DNA from: the human T2T-CHM13v2.0 reference genome, Homo sapiens
Assembly: GCF_009914755.1 (NCBI RefSeq)
Contig: NC_060944.1
DNA: 64,000 nucleotides
Reading direction: 5' to 3' (one strand)
Shown: positions 41,662-57,640 of the stretch, piece after piece
Layout: each line of letters begins with the position of its first letter
How positions within the stretch are numbered: the first letter of the stretch is position 1
Notes under the pieces: model-generated
Seen by the model: the letters and a program-made list of their open reading frames with translations, nothing else
Database searches by the model: none
What the model was told of the DNA's origin: nothing
Position numbers and translations under genes: made by a program

Positions 41662-42422
41662 TGAGAGACAGGACTAGCTGGATTTCCTAGGCCGACTAAG
41701 AATTCCTAAGCCTAGCTGGGAAGGGGACTGCACCCACCTTTAAACACGGGGCTTATAACTCAGCTCACACCTGACCAATCAGGTAGTAAAGAGGGCTCAC
41801 TAAAATACAAATTAGGCTAAAAGCAGGAGGTAAAGAAATAGTCAAATCATATATCGCCTGAGAGCACAGGAGGAGGGACAATGACTGGGATATAAACCCA
41901 GGCATTTGAGCAGGTAGTGGCAACCCCCTTTGGGTCCCCTCCCATTGTATGGGAGCTCTGTTTTCACTCTTATTAAATCTTGCAACTGCACACTCTTCTG
42001 GTCCGTGTTTGTTCCGGCTCAAGCTGAGCTTTCGCTCCCTGTCAACTACTGCTGAACGCCGTCACAAGACCCGCCGTTGACTTTCACCCCTCCGGATCCG
42101 GCAGGGTGTCCGCTGTGCTTCTGATCCAGCGAGGTGCCCATTGCCACTCCTGATCGGGCTAGAGGCTCACCATTGTTCCTGCACAGCTAAGTGCCTGGAT
42201 TCATCCTAATCGAGCTGAATGCTAGTCTCTGGGTTCCACGGTTCTCTTCCGTGACCCATGGCTTCTAACAGAGCTATAGAACTCACTGCGTGGGCCAAGG
42301 TTCCATTCCTTAGAATCTGTGAGGCCAAGAACCCCAGGTCAGAGAACAAAAGGCTTGCTGCCATCTTGGGAGCGGCCCACCACCATCTTGGGAGCTCTAA
42401 GAACAAAGACCTGCTGGTAACA
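41662..42422 (+). mobile_element. Solo LTR17 (HERV-W), full length (761 bp)
   Basis: tgagagacaggactagctggatttcctaggccgactaagaa start; ccaatc, gatataaa and attaaa signals; long U5 ending ggtaaca; 4-bp TSD ataa at 41658-41661 and 42423-42426. Confidence 0.93.
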
Positions 42423-43998
42423 ATAATACATCAAGATCAAGTGAGATTTATCCTAGGAATGCAAGAGTGAGTCAATCCTCAAAAACATCAGTCAATATAA
42501 TTCACCGTATCAACAGACCAAAGGAAAAACCCCATGGTCATCGTGATACACAAAAAGCATGTAACAAAATTCAAAATCCATTTATGATAAAAACTCTCAG
42601 CAAATTTGGAACAAAAGGTAACTTCCTCAACTTGATAAAAGGCATTGACAAAAAACGTATAGTTAATGTGAATGAATTATTTTCCCTTAAATTCAGGAAC
42701 AACACAAAGACATCTAATTTCATCACACTGACTCAATATCATGTGAGGAGGAGGAATCCTAGCCAGTGCAATAAGACAAGAAAAAGGAACAGAAGCCATA
42801 AAGAGTAAACAGGAAGAAATAAAATGGTTATTTGCACTTGACATAACTAATCATAACATAGAAAATTCCAAAGAATCTATAAAAAGAGCTTCTAGAACTA
42901 TAATTTAATAAGGTCATAGGCTATAAGATTGACATATAAAAATCAATTACATTTCAACATACTATCAAGAAACAATTGCAAATTAACATTTTTTAAAGTA
43001 CCATTTAAAATAGTGTCCAAAAAACATACTTAGAGAAATACTTAGAGACAACTCTAATTAAGCATAGCCTTGTAATTGTTATAAACTAACTTTAAATTGG
43101 CCAATCTCTTCTGTTACAGAAATACTATCTGATAGCCTAAGTAGCCTAAACCTTCCAAATGAGCTGACTTATTTTATTCTTCTCTTTGGAGTTGATAAGA
43201 GAATAAGTCAGCTTATTCAGGATTTTGGAATAATTAGCAAGCCTTTCAGATGAATCAGCTTTCCTTTCAGTAGAGGGTCTCTTCTCTCATGCTTTTCATT
43301 GACAAAGGTTCATCCCAAGAGTTCACACCATAAGGTTAGTATCTTGGAACTAGGAAACAAAAAAATGGTATGCAGCCTCAGAAAATTAAAAGCTTGCAAA
43401 AGTAAAGTTCTCTCTGGTAAGTGGGGAACTGATCACACTGAAAACTGACAAGCTTTAATACTCACTTCCCAAAGTAAGTCATAATGACACTAACGTGTAC
43501 AAAGGATAGCCTCCTATTAATAACGCAGTGACACATCTAACTGACCAGAGTTGGACTGCCTAACCCAAGAGCAGTCAATGCCTGAACAGGCCAGCAACTG
43601 ATGACATTTCTGTAGTGAAAAACAAACCAAAAAAAACCCAAAAAAACCCTGCTGGGCAAAATAGACTCTCTCAAATTTGAAATGGAATGTACCAAAAGAA
43701 TAAAGCATTAAGCAATAGGAGTAAACGCTGAGAAGTCATGAAATTCAGAGACCCTGGAGGAGCCATGAGGGAGGGACCTTGGGCATGGAAAAAGTAAGAG
43801 GGAGCATAGTGTATAAGCAAGCAGAAGCTATAAAGTAGAGGCAGGTAGCAGCAGGTAGGATGAGGAAGCCAGTAGGTGGGAAAAGAAGGGTGAGGCTGAC
43901 CCATAGGGAGTGGTGTAAATGGCAAAATCCTAGAGAGACTATCCAAGAAAACCTGCTTATGAAAGCCCCTGGAGTTGTCCTGGATCCAGCAGGATAAA

Positions 43999-44440
43999 TG
44001 TGTTAGTCATCATCTATTGCCACAATAACGCTGAACAACAGACCACAAAATCTCAGTGTCATACAACAATAAGAATTTTATTTTCACTCAGGCATCTGAG
44101 TTGCGCTGGCACTGCTTTAAGTTCAGGTCGGCTCAGGTGGCTCTGCTGTATGGTCTCACAATGAGAAACAGGCTGAAGAGGCTGTGGCAATTCAGGGTTT
44201 TTCTTCTCATAGTCATGACAGAGGCACTAGAGGATAAGCCCATCAGCCCAAGCATACTACTAACCTCTGCTTTTGTCTTGTCCACTAACATCCCACTGGG
44301 CCAAGGTAAGTCATATACCCATGCCCAAAATGAAGAGGCAGGTACAAAAACCCATCTCACATGAGGTTATGGCAGGGTAAAGACGTAGAAAACTACTACA
44401 GGAGAGTGAGGAATTGAGACCAATGATTCAGTCTCCTACA
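43999..44440 (-). mobile_element. MLT1 (ERVL-MaLR) LTR
   Basis: tgtgttagtc...ctattgccacaataacgctg...ccacaaaatctcagtg; cccactgggccaaggtaagtcatat. Confidence 0.7.
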
Positions 44441-44647
44441 CTACTCCACACCACTTCTCTAAGCTAGTTAGGCCTAAATCTTTGTACCCTGCAAACTAAA
44501 AGAGTCTAACTAAACAGAGAGAGCAAGAAAATTTTCTAGGACCAAAGACATGCTACTCTAGCTCCCACTCTCTAATGCAATGTCATCTAAGGACCCTGAT
44601 CTCCCCTTTCTCCCCTTATAGGATATGGTCTAAAATTATTTTGTTGA

Positions 44648-47160
<2,513 letters not shown>

Positions 47161-47164
47161 TTAC

Positions 47165-47219
<55 letters not shown>

Positions 47220-47231
47220 CATATATATATA
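47161..47231. repeat. Compound (TA)n(CA)n(TA)n microsatellite in place of the L1 tail
   Basis: Seen directly, between the L1 3' end and its TSD. Confidence 0.95.
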
Positions 47232-47247
47232 AAAGAAAGCCAGGAGA

Positions 47248-47503
<256 letters not shown>

Positions 47504-47618
47504 AACAAAGCCAGTAGACATGTCTAGAAAATACGGCTGCAACCATTCAAGGATTTTCACAGATGGAAGGTGCCGATAAAACATACAGACCACTCCACTA
47601 AGGTATAAAGAATTTCAA

Positions 47619-47926
<308 letters not shown>

Positions 47927-49400
47927 TCAGACTCCCGTGAGTCCAATGGTCACAGGTTCCCAATATCCAAAGCTTTTGAGTACTATCAGCATTTTCATGG
48001 TTTAAAAAACAAAACAAAACAAAAAAAACTTTTGTAAGTGGTATTCTCTACCTAATTTCTTTTTTTTAAAAAAAGGACATGAACCACACACACAAGAAAA
48101 GTGGGTAAAGTCAAATCTAAGTGTAGAGTAGAATGAAATGGCAGAAAACAAAATAGAAAAACTTGGAAAGTTAACACATTTAATTTGCTGGAGTAATAGG
48201 TAATGTTTACTGTCTTAAACGAGAGTCTTTTGAGAAAGATAGTTTTCCTCAAAAATAAGTAAAATCTAGATATACTTTTGAACTATGATCCATTTCAAAC
48301 AATTAATTTACTCCTTTTTAAAAGTATTAACAATGACACAATAGTAGTACTTCATTTAAAGACAACGAGTACACATATTCATACAAATAGAAACTGGAGC
48401 TACCATGCACACTACATTTGCTGCTGTTCAAAGATTTAAAAATGCCTGCTTCTGACCTAGACTATCCTGGCAAAATCTAATTAGTGGTCAAGAAGTCCAT
48501 GACTAAGGGAAGGAACAAAAAGGCAATGGAACAGCACTGGCATTAGCAGGGATGCAACATGAGAACACCCGGGGATGCCATGACTTCCCAAGATTCCCTG
48601 TTTTACATTAGGCTGGGTCTAACACCAGAGGGTGTGAGCTAACATACCTTAGTACAAACTCTGTGACACATACCATTATAATAAATACTATTACACTGAA
48701 ATCAAAGATTTCCAGTTCTCAGGTATCTAAAACGTGCCCCTCCAAAACTCAATTTAAGAAATAATTTAAGAAGTGACTATGTAAAAGCACTTCCTTAAAA
48801 GACTTCCTTAAACAAGAAAGAAAAAACCTATCCCTCCACCCTCTTTGTGGCAAAAACAACAGAAAAATCAAAATACAATCCTTCTACAGAAAACAATTTC
48901 TTGCCTCCAAGGAGAAGATTCAGGCATTTTAAAACAGTTCTTTGGTATCCAAATGTTTTGATAAGGAGAATGCCAACACTGTTTAACTCAGCCCAATCAA
49001 AAAGGGGGGGGGGGGTTAAATAGTAAAAGAGGGATATGGTTTGTTCATCACTAGAATAAATTCAGAGTTATAAAAGTTATGAAATTATCTCCCTTGTGAT
49101 GCTCACATGGCCTTTACACTTTGGTTTCTTTACTTCTTAGTCTCTATTTTCAGCATTAATTTATGAGAACACACAAGGAGTTAAGCTATACTACCCAAAG
49201 GCTTTCTGTATGCACAGACCCAAGCCACTAAGAACTCAGAGATGGCACTTTAAAAGCAAGCCCAGCACCCACAGGGGTCCCACATGACTTTGGCCTACAA
49301 CACTGCTACCTGCTGATATTGCAGCTCTTCTAGCCTGTTTTTCTCTGGTGACAACCCCCCAAAAACCCAACTCTTAATATAATAAGTTTTGAAACATGGG

Positions 49401-49773
49401 TGTTATAAGCTGCAGTGTCTGACCCCCAAATTCATATGCTGAAGCCCTAAACTCTATTTCCTCAGCATGTGACTGTATTTGGAGATAGGGTCTTTAAAGA
49501 GGTAAGTTAAAAGGAGGCCATTACTGTGACTTCTAATCCAATATGACTGGTATCCTTACAAAAAGATGAGATGTGGACATAGATAAACACAGAGAAAAGA
49601 CCATGTGAGGATATGGCAAGAGGCAGCTATCTACAAGCGAAGAGAAGAAAGAAACCGAACCTGCTGACATCTTGATCTTGGACTTCCAGGCACCAGAATT
49701 GTGAGAACGTAATTTCTATTCTTTAAGCTATCCAGTCCGTAGTATTTTGGTATGGCCCTAACGAACTAATGCA
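49401..49773 (+). mobile_element. MLT1A/B MaLR solo LTR
   Basis: ccccaaattcatatgctgaagccctaa...gtgactgtatttggagatagggtctttaaagaggt...ttgatcttggacttccag. Confidence 0.85.
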
Positions 49774-50820
49774 ATGGAGAACAAATTTTGCTTAAAAAAA
49801 AAAAAAAAATCCCATGATCAAGAAGAGATGCTACTTCTAAATCTACCCTTATGGGATTTTTGATGGCTTAATGGAACACCTCAATTCATCTCAATTATTG
49901 AAAAAAACACCACATTCATAATAAGCATCCCTATAGTTTTTATCTAACCTCATAAAGGTGTTCCACAGTATCAATAGTAAAGCACTGTTGGAACCTTTTT
50001 ACCTAGCTGCAGCTCACTTCCACTCTTTGCCTTCTCCACTATGGTATTTTCAGGACCATATGCTAAAGTGGTCACATCCCATGGCTCCAGCCTAAGATGG
50101 AAGTCAAACTTATATGACAATGTTTTCCTCAAAATTTCTTCCCAAAGTGATGTTTTTGGCATTCTTACACCAATCTAAAATCAAAGTACTGGTACTGCAG
50201 GTCTCTGAAGACATTGTGCTCCACTTCACACCTCCACATCTGTGCACGAGCTATCATGCCCTTTGACTATCTGGAAAACTCCTAATAATCTTTTAAGAAT
50301 CAGAAGAAACTCACCACCTCTATAAAGTCTTTTGAAAACCATTTTCACCACCTAAAAGTTGACCTACCACCCATTGTGATTATTTGTGCCAGAAACAATA
50401 AGTTCCTCTTCAAAGCTTGCTTGGTCTTTCTTGCTCTGTACACAAGCCCTTCCTGCTTAATCTGTAATGAACACTTGTTTCTCTGCTTAATCTATAACTA
50501 GCAAATCTCTGACTCTGTAAACAACCCTTCCCAACTAGTTGGTAATGGACAGCCTCTCCCTTCTCGCCTAATTGACCTTATTCAATTTCAAACACTAGCC
50601 AATCGGGTCAGCTTAGACTGTGTGGTCCAACTCCACCCAATGGGGGAAAGGACACAGGAACTGTGTTAGGGATAAAAACCCCTGCCCTACCCTGCTCAGT
50701 GTGTTCTTGTGATCGGACAGGTGCAGGTAGCACCCTTCTGCAGAAGTAAATGTGTCTTGCTGAGAAACTTTCTAAGTGCTGGTTTTTCTTTGTGGCACTG
50801 AGCACTTGTCTCTAACAATT

Positions 50821-50838
50821 TGAGGGATCGTCCAGGAT
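50821..50838 (+). other. Primer binding site, tRNA-Pro type
   Basis: tgagggatcgtccaggat matches TGGGGGCTCGTCCGGGAT at 15/18 positions, 3 nt after the 5' LTR. Confidence 0.75.
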
Positions 50839-51405
50839 CCCATTCTCCTCTGGGGAAGGGTCTCTGATCATCTCTTGTGAGGAGATGTGTCCCACTGCCT
50901 TGTTGCAGTGGCCTCAGGGGTGAGGGATCGAGACCCACCTGGTGTGACGAATAAACCCAGACTCTCAGCAACGCAGGAGGAAAGGGCCTACTGATACTGT
51001 GGCGACCCAGTAACTGTGCACAGACCAATGTAAGAAAATCCATGGGGCAGTGAAGTACTTCCTTGGTGGTCAGGACACCCTGGAAGTTGAAAGTGTGTGA
51101 ATGAGATGCAGAATTAAGTCTGAAGCAAGTGTGGAGTCCAGATTTGCAGTTCTGTGGTCACCTCATACAGCTTAAGGTGGGGCACGCCTTTCCTGTCGGG
51201 GGTTTATACCAACCCACCAATGCTAAGAGGGACCTAAATTCCCATGAGGGAAGCGGCCCAAGAAGGATGAAGGGAAGGCAAAGGAGTGCAAGAAACCTCC
51301 AGTGGGGTGGTTGAGCCTCCAGAGAAAGGGTGCAAGAAATCTCTAGTAAGAGAGGTTTAGCCCCACACATGCAGGAAACTCAGGGAAACACCTAAAACTT
51401 CCAGG

Positions 51406-52997
51406 ATGGGAAATAACCCAAGCAGGACAGGAAATATAAAGGACTAGACAGACAATAAAATTCCCTCTAATAGCCCTCCAGGTCTCATGTTAAAATACTG
51501 TAAGGGTAATGAAAGGACTAAACATTAGAAAAAGCAACAAATGATAAAATATTGTTGTTTTATTTGGACCAAAGAACCCACCCTTGAACCCTCAGTTTGC
51601 TTTTTTTTTTGGCCAGTTTGGGTCAAATGAGGATTGGATTTGTCAACTTCTAATAGAATATGTCAATGACAAAAGTCCTGTCTCCCAGGAGGAAATAGAC
51701 TATGCCCTGTGCTGGCGGCAGGGGCCTGTCCTCCTCTACCCCCTAAAAGCTACAGGAAATAAGCCAAAAGCTACCTCCCCTGAAAACAGAATCCCTACCC
51801 CCAAGCAGTCTAACACCACATGGGACCCTTTAGACAACCTTCCCCCACCCACCGCTCTGCCCCAAGCTGAACACTCAGTCCCTCCACCATATAACCCTGC
51901 CCTGCGGGCCCCGTCACCCCACATTCCTATGGAGTAGTCGCCCAAACATGCCCCTCCCTCAGAGAAGCTCCAACGAGAAATAGAACAATGCCACAGGGAC
52001 ACTCACAACTTCCCTTTCCTCTCCTAAAAGGAGTCTGCCCCAACCCTTTTTCCCTTAAGAGAAGTGCCACGTGGAGGAATGGGAATTGGCTTTGTAAATG
52101 CCCCCTTAACTAGTTTAGAGGTCAGAAACCTGAAGAGGGAACTTAAACCACTATTAGATGATCCTTTTGGGGTCACGGATCAAATTGACCAATTTTTAGG
52201 ACCACAAGTATACACTTGGGCTGAGTTAATGTCCATCTTCAGTATTCTCTTTTCGAGGGAGGAAAGAACCATGATCCGCAGGGCTGCTATGATAGTCTGG
52301 GAGCACAAACATCCTCCCGGTCAAAATATCCCTGCAGCAGAACAAAAATTTCTGGCCCAAGACCCGCAATGGGATAATAACAATGCAGCCCACCGAGAAA
52401 ACTTGAAAGACCTTAGGGAAATGATAGTTAAAGGGATTCAGGAATCAGTGCCTTGAACCCAAAGTATTTCCCGAGCATTTAATATACAGCAGGGAAAAGA
52501 TGAAGGGCCCATGGAGTTTTTAAACAGACTCAAGGAACAGATGAGAAAATATGTAGGCTTAGACACAGAGGATCCCCTTGGGCAGGGGATGTGAAAGCTC
52601 CATTTTGTTACTAATAGTTGGCCAGATATCACAAAGAAATTACAAAAAATAGAGAACTGGAAATGGAAAGATCGGCCTATAGAGGAACCTTTGAGGGAGG
52701 CCCAAAAAGTATATGTAAGAAGGGATAAAGAAAAGCAAAAGCAAAAGGCAAAAAATCATGCTGTCCGCTCTACAACAAAGTACCCGAGGGTCCAAAACCT
52801 GTAAAGAACTTAAGCCCCCACTCACTAGGCCATATAAAGGGTATGTAAAAGCAAAGCAAGGAAACTTAAAAACAGGGAGAGAAAGAGGGCAAAACAAATG
52901 TTTCAAATGTGGAAGAATAGGTCACTTCAAAAGAGAATGTCCCAAATGGGAAAAAGAAAAAGAAGTCATCCCACTTACGGCCTTTGAAGAAGAATAG
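51406..52997 (+). pseudogene. gag: ERV gag (decayed)
   Basis: ATG GGA AAT (MG myristoylation motif); PPPY late domain; capsid peptide FVNAPLTSLEVRNLKRELKPLLDDP; CCHC knuckle CFKCGRIGHFKREC; ends in TAG followed by GGAGGTCAGG (read-through-type junction); internal stops and frameshifts. Confidence 0.9.
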
Positions 52998-53514
52998 GGA
53001 GGTCAGGGATTCTGTTTCTTTTATCTCAAGTACCACCAAGAGCCCCTTATAAATTTAGAGGTGGGACGTAAATCCGAACTGCTCCCCGGAAAGACATCAG
53101 CTTATCTCCTTATGAAATGTTTTATGGGTTGCCTTATTTAAATTCCACTACGGACCTCCCGACATTTGAGACAAAGGATCAGTTTCTTAAAAACTATGTA
53201 TTTGGTCTGTCTTCTACCCTTTCCTTTCTCAGGACTCAAGGCCTCCTAGCGCAAACTCCACCCCTTGAATTCGCAGTTCACCAACACCAACCTGGAGATC
53301 ATGTCCTTATCAGAAGTTGGAAAGAGGGAAAGCTCGAACCCACCTGGGAAGGACCCCTTATCTAGTGCTCCTAACGACTGAAACAGCAGTCTGAACCACT
53401 GAGAAGGGGTTGACCCACCATACCCGGGTCAAAAAGGCATCGCCCTCTCCAAAGTCAAGGACCATCATCCCAGGACCAACCCCCATCAGAGTAATGTTAA
53501 AGAAAAAAGCCTAA
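52998..53514 (+). pseudogene. pol: ERV pro N-terminal stub fused to integrase C-terminus (RT, RNase H and most of IN missing)
   Basis: ..HQEPLINLEVG.. (pro) joined to ..RTAPRKDISLSPYEMFYGLPYL..PGDHVLIRSWKEGKLEPTWEGP.. (IN C-terminal GPY/F region). Confidence 0.85.
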
Positions 53515-55458
53515 TCTGTCTATCCTTTTTTTTTTCCTCTTCTCTTTCCCTTAGCTACCCCACATCTCATTATTAATATAAACGCATCAGAGTCACCGCA
53601 AATCATTACTTTTGATGCTTGTCTTGTTATACCCTGTGGAGACTTGCGAAGTCAAAGGCAGCTCTCTACTTTGCCCTTCTTGGAAATTCTCAGACTGGGC
53701 AGATTCTATTAACTGGGGAGTTCCCTTAGACTTGGGATATTATTTTTAAAATTCTGTTAACTGGGAATCCCGTCCTCTGCAAACAGAGCGTCTCTGCCAT
53801 AGCTGGTCCAATGTTCTATGGACTACGAAAAATCAGGGTTGGACCTCCCCAACAAGTCTCTGTGTATCCCTAAAACTATACAATTGTTTCACTAAAGGAA
53901 GCCCCCCCACCAATTGCCAGCAAAACTAATGTAATCCAGTACAAATTTCCATTACTATCTCAATTTCCCAAAATTCCTCCCTTCATTAAGTCGTTTCTAG
54001 GGTATGGGAGCAGAGGTCGCAGGGGCAGACTCTACAGGATTTTTCAAAATTAGTTTCGTTGCCTCGTCATCCCCTCCGCCCTCTCCTTCAAACCTTCTAA
54101 TCAAACTACTAGTCTCTCCCTACAATGCAATGGCTCCCAAAGTAGCCACTGTAGAAGTTAAAGATTTAAAACCCACCCTAGCTATTGAAACAGGGTACCA
54201 AGATGCAAATGCCTGGCTAGCACGGATTAAATATTCCGTCCGCAAACTAAACAAAAGCGACTGTTAACGCTTGTGCAACGGGCAGGCCAGAAACCCAAAT
54301 CATCCCCTTTCTACTTGGATGGTCCTCCGACCAACAGGGTATGAGCTGTATGGTATCTCTCTTCCAAAACCCCACAGCCTGGGGCAATAAGGCATGCCAA
54401 ACTCTCTTGCTGTTATTCCCGGAAGTTAAAAGCCCTGCGGGTCAGCCCCCAAGGGCCATCTGTCCTCCAGGTACCAATGTCAATTTCACCTCGTGTCTCT
54501 CACAGCAAGGGGAAAACTTGGCATTCCTTGGAAATCTAGCAAGATGAAGTAAGCCTAAGCCTTTCTAGGAGCTAACCAATCAGTCTGCCCTTGTTCATCC
54601 CCAAGCAGATGTATGGTGGTACTGTGGTGGACCACTATTGGGTACTCTGCCAAATAAGTGGGGCAACACTTGCGCCCTAATTCAATTGGCCATCCCACCC
54701 TGGCATTTCGTCGACTAAGCAAAAAGGACAATCACAAAAAAAGGAGTACTCCCTACGGGTCCTCTGACCCTTACATTTACATAGATGCCATCGGAGTTCC
54801 ACGAGGAGTGTTAAATGAATTTAAAGCCCAAAATCAAATAGCTACAGGATTTCAATCTATATTGTTCTCATGGGAAACTGTAAACAAAAGTGTAGACTGG
54901 ATAAATTACATTTACTATAATCAACAGCAGTTTGTCAATTATACTAGGGATGCCATTAAAGGAATAGCTGAACAATTAGGTCCTAACAGCCAAATGGCTT
55001 GGGAAAACAGGATAGCCCTGGACATGATATTAGCCAAGAAAGGTGGGAGTCTGTGTCATGATTGGGGTCCAATGCTGTACTTTTATCCCTAACAACACAG
55101 CCCCCGATGGAACAATTACAAAAGCCTGGGCCTTACCACCCTAGCAAATGAATTAGCCGAAAATTCTGGAATAGATTACCCCTTCTCTGGTCTCATGGAA
55201 AAATGGTTTAGAAAATGGAAGGGACTCATAACCTCAATCTTTACCCCCCTTGCAATTGCTATAGGTGTACTCATTCTTGTAGGTTGCTGCACCATACCTC
55301 GTATTTGTGGATCAGGGCAAAGGCTTATAAAAACAGCCCCCACCAAAACCCCTCTCGATTCTCCCCCTCCCTACTCGGATAAGTTCCTACTCCCAGACAA
55401 CCAAGAGGAGCAACAAAGCCAAGATATGTTACAAAAATTTGAAGAGGAAGAACTATAA
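53494..55458 (+). pseudogene. env: ERV env (decayed)
   Basis: Furin site HKKR; DAIGVPRGV; immunosuppressive-domain-like WENRIALDMILAKKGG; frameshifted CVMIGVQCC (CX6CC); TM region AIAIGVLILVGCC; several stops. Confidence 0.88.
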
Positions 55459-55462
55459 ACTC

Positions 55463-55474
55463 AAGAGGGGGAAA
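55463..55474 (+). other. Polypurine tract
   Basis: aagagggggaaa immediately 5' of the 3' LTR. Confidence 0.8.
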
Positions 55475-56069
55475 TCTGCCAGACACAATAAGTTCCTCTT
55501 CAAAGCTTCCTTCGTCTTTCTCTCTGTACACAGCCCTTCCTGCTTAATCTGTAATGAACACTTGTTTCTCTGCTTAATCTATAACTAGCAAATCTCTGAC
55601 TCTGTAAACAACCCCTCCCAACTAGTTGGTAATAGACAGCCTCTCCCTTCCCGCCTAATTGGCCTTATTCCATTTTAAACACTAGCCAATTGGGTCAGCT
55701 TAGACTGTGTGGTCCAACTCCAGCCAATGGGGAAAGGACACAGAAACAGGAACTATATAGGGATTTAAAACCCTGCTCTACCCTGCTCAGTGTGCTCTTG
55801 TGATCAGACAGGTGCAGGCAGCACCATTCTGCAGAAGTAAATGTGCCTTGCTGAGAAATTTTCTAAGTGCTGGTTTTTCTTTGTGGCACCGAGCACTTGT
55901 CTGTAACATTTGTGTGTCTGTCTCCTTCAATACACTGAAAAGTCCTTGATGGCAGGAACTGTATTTATCTTTTATCTGTAAACCCCTGTAGAGTGCCTGT
56001 AAATGTGTACTGAATAAATGAATGCCACCAACAAATCCAGACCCAACCCTCAATGGCACAAATCATATG

Positions 56070-56405
56070 TTATAATCAATGCCTCCCAACAATTTGAATC
56101 TCACAGATATACTTTGCACTAAAGAAGCCAGATACGAAACAGGACATTTTGTATTATTCCATTTGAAGTTCAATAACAGGCAAAACTAATCTTTGTGACA
56201 GAAGCCAGAACTAAGCGGAGTAGGGTAGAGTGAGGGGGGGGTCTTATCCAGGAAGGGTCACAAGAGAACCTTATGGAGTGTTGGAACAGTCTCTATGTTG
56301 ATCTGAGGGTGGCAGTTACACAGGTATATACATATCTAAAAGAATAATCAAGCAGTATACTTGAGATTAGTACCATTTACTGAAATTTATCTTGTATTTC
56401 AAAAA
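56070..56405 (+). mobile_element. Old L1M 3' end
   Basis: aaagaagccagatac...tattccattt.aagttcaataacaggcaaaactaatc. Confidence 0.7.
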
Positions 56406-57469
56406 CCCAAGTTCTATATATGGCCCTCATCTGCCTCAACCCCCATCCAAACATCAATGCTCAATAAACATTTGTGACTGAACGCCTAAATACTTTCTAA
56501 ATAACAACAATCAACTACACTATTTTCATATAAGGGAAGAAAAATCTAGTCAAGCAATTGCAGTCAAAGTTTTGGGCTGGAGCTAAGCTAACCACCACCA
56601 TCACCTCACACAAACAAGAAACTTGCTTCTGTCCAGAGTTGCAGTGTGCCTACAGGTGCTGCATGGGTAGCATTTGCCCCTCCCTATGACTGGCTGGAAA
56701 CATACCCAGCCCCACTGTTGAGGCATAGGATCCCAATGGCATTTCAAGTCACTAGGAGAAAAAAGTGGAATTTTACAACTGAAGGCTCTATCACATCAAA
56801 AATCTAGACACACTGGCAATAAAATCAGAAGAAAACCTCTGCCCACCTTTCCAGGAATTTTCACTTAATCTTTCTGTGACTGTTACCTGCCTGACAAACT
56901 CCTATTCATCCTTCAAATCCCAACTCAGATGTTAACTCTTCTGGGAAGTTCTTCCTAACCTCCTCACCCTCCTTCTATGTTCCTTTTACTGTTCTATTAC
57001 TTTGGTTCACTTCAATTTAAATATTGGTCATGTTTATTTCCCCTGAGATCACATTTGCCATTCTAGCACGAAGTACATGGCAGGGCTCTTTAGAAGCATG
57101 AAAATGTCTGTTGAAGTGACTTGAAACACGACTACTACTGGACATGCCTTACAATTTATATGCCCAACTCTAGAGTCCCAAAATAAGTGGTATTTCCTAG
57201 ATAAGGCACAGTCTGTACTTATGAAGAGGGAGTGAAAAAACTATAAATATTCTCTAGGACAGTGTTATTTTTAGTATTATGGTCACCAGCCTCTAAGAGT
57301 GAACTTCAAGGTAGCAACCTGGAGACTAAATGACTCAAAGATTATGGGATCTGCCAGGAAAGGTATGCTCCTGAAGCTATGGTATAGCAGATATGGTCCC
57401 AGAAGCAGTGGGTTCACTCGCTTCAAGGCAGGATCTTCAATGCCCTGCATTTATATAAATGTCAGAACA

Positions 57470-57640
57470 AGTAACTGTGCAACCCCAAACAAGTTACTTT
57501 ACCTCCCTGTGCCTCAGTTTCCTCATTGGTAAAATGAAGGTAATAACAGAACCCAAAATTTCATGTGGTGTTAAAGGATTAAATGAGATGATACAGTGCC
57601 TGGCATATCGTGAGCACTCAATAAATGTTTGCTCCAATTA
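57470..57640. mobile_element. MIR
   Basis: caagttactttacctccctgtgcctcagtttcctcatt...aaggattaaatgagat...gagcactcaataaatg. Confidence 0.8.

Larger units (their letters stand above)
50387..55908 (+). mobile_element. Two-LTR gammaretrovirus-like provirus (HERV-IP10/LTR10 group), pol largely deleted (HERVIP10FH-like)
   Basis: 5' LTR 50387-50817 and 3' LTR 55477-55908 (~94% identical by eye); TSD tttg at 50383-50386 and 55909-55912; PBS, gag, delta-pol, env and PPT in order. Confidence 0.93.

Noticed and set aside
53494-55458. Possible co-opted (syncytin-like) env
   Set aside because: Multiple stops and frameshifts, including at the CX6CC motif; the longest ORF is only 144 aa.
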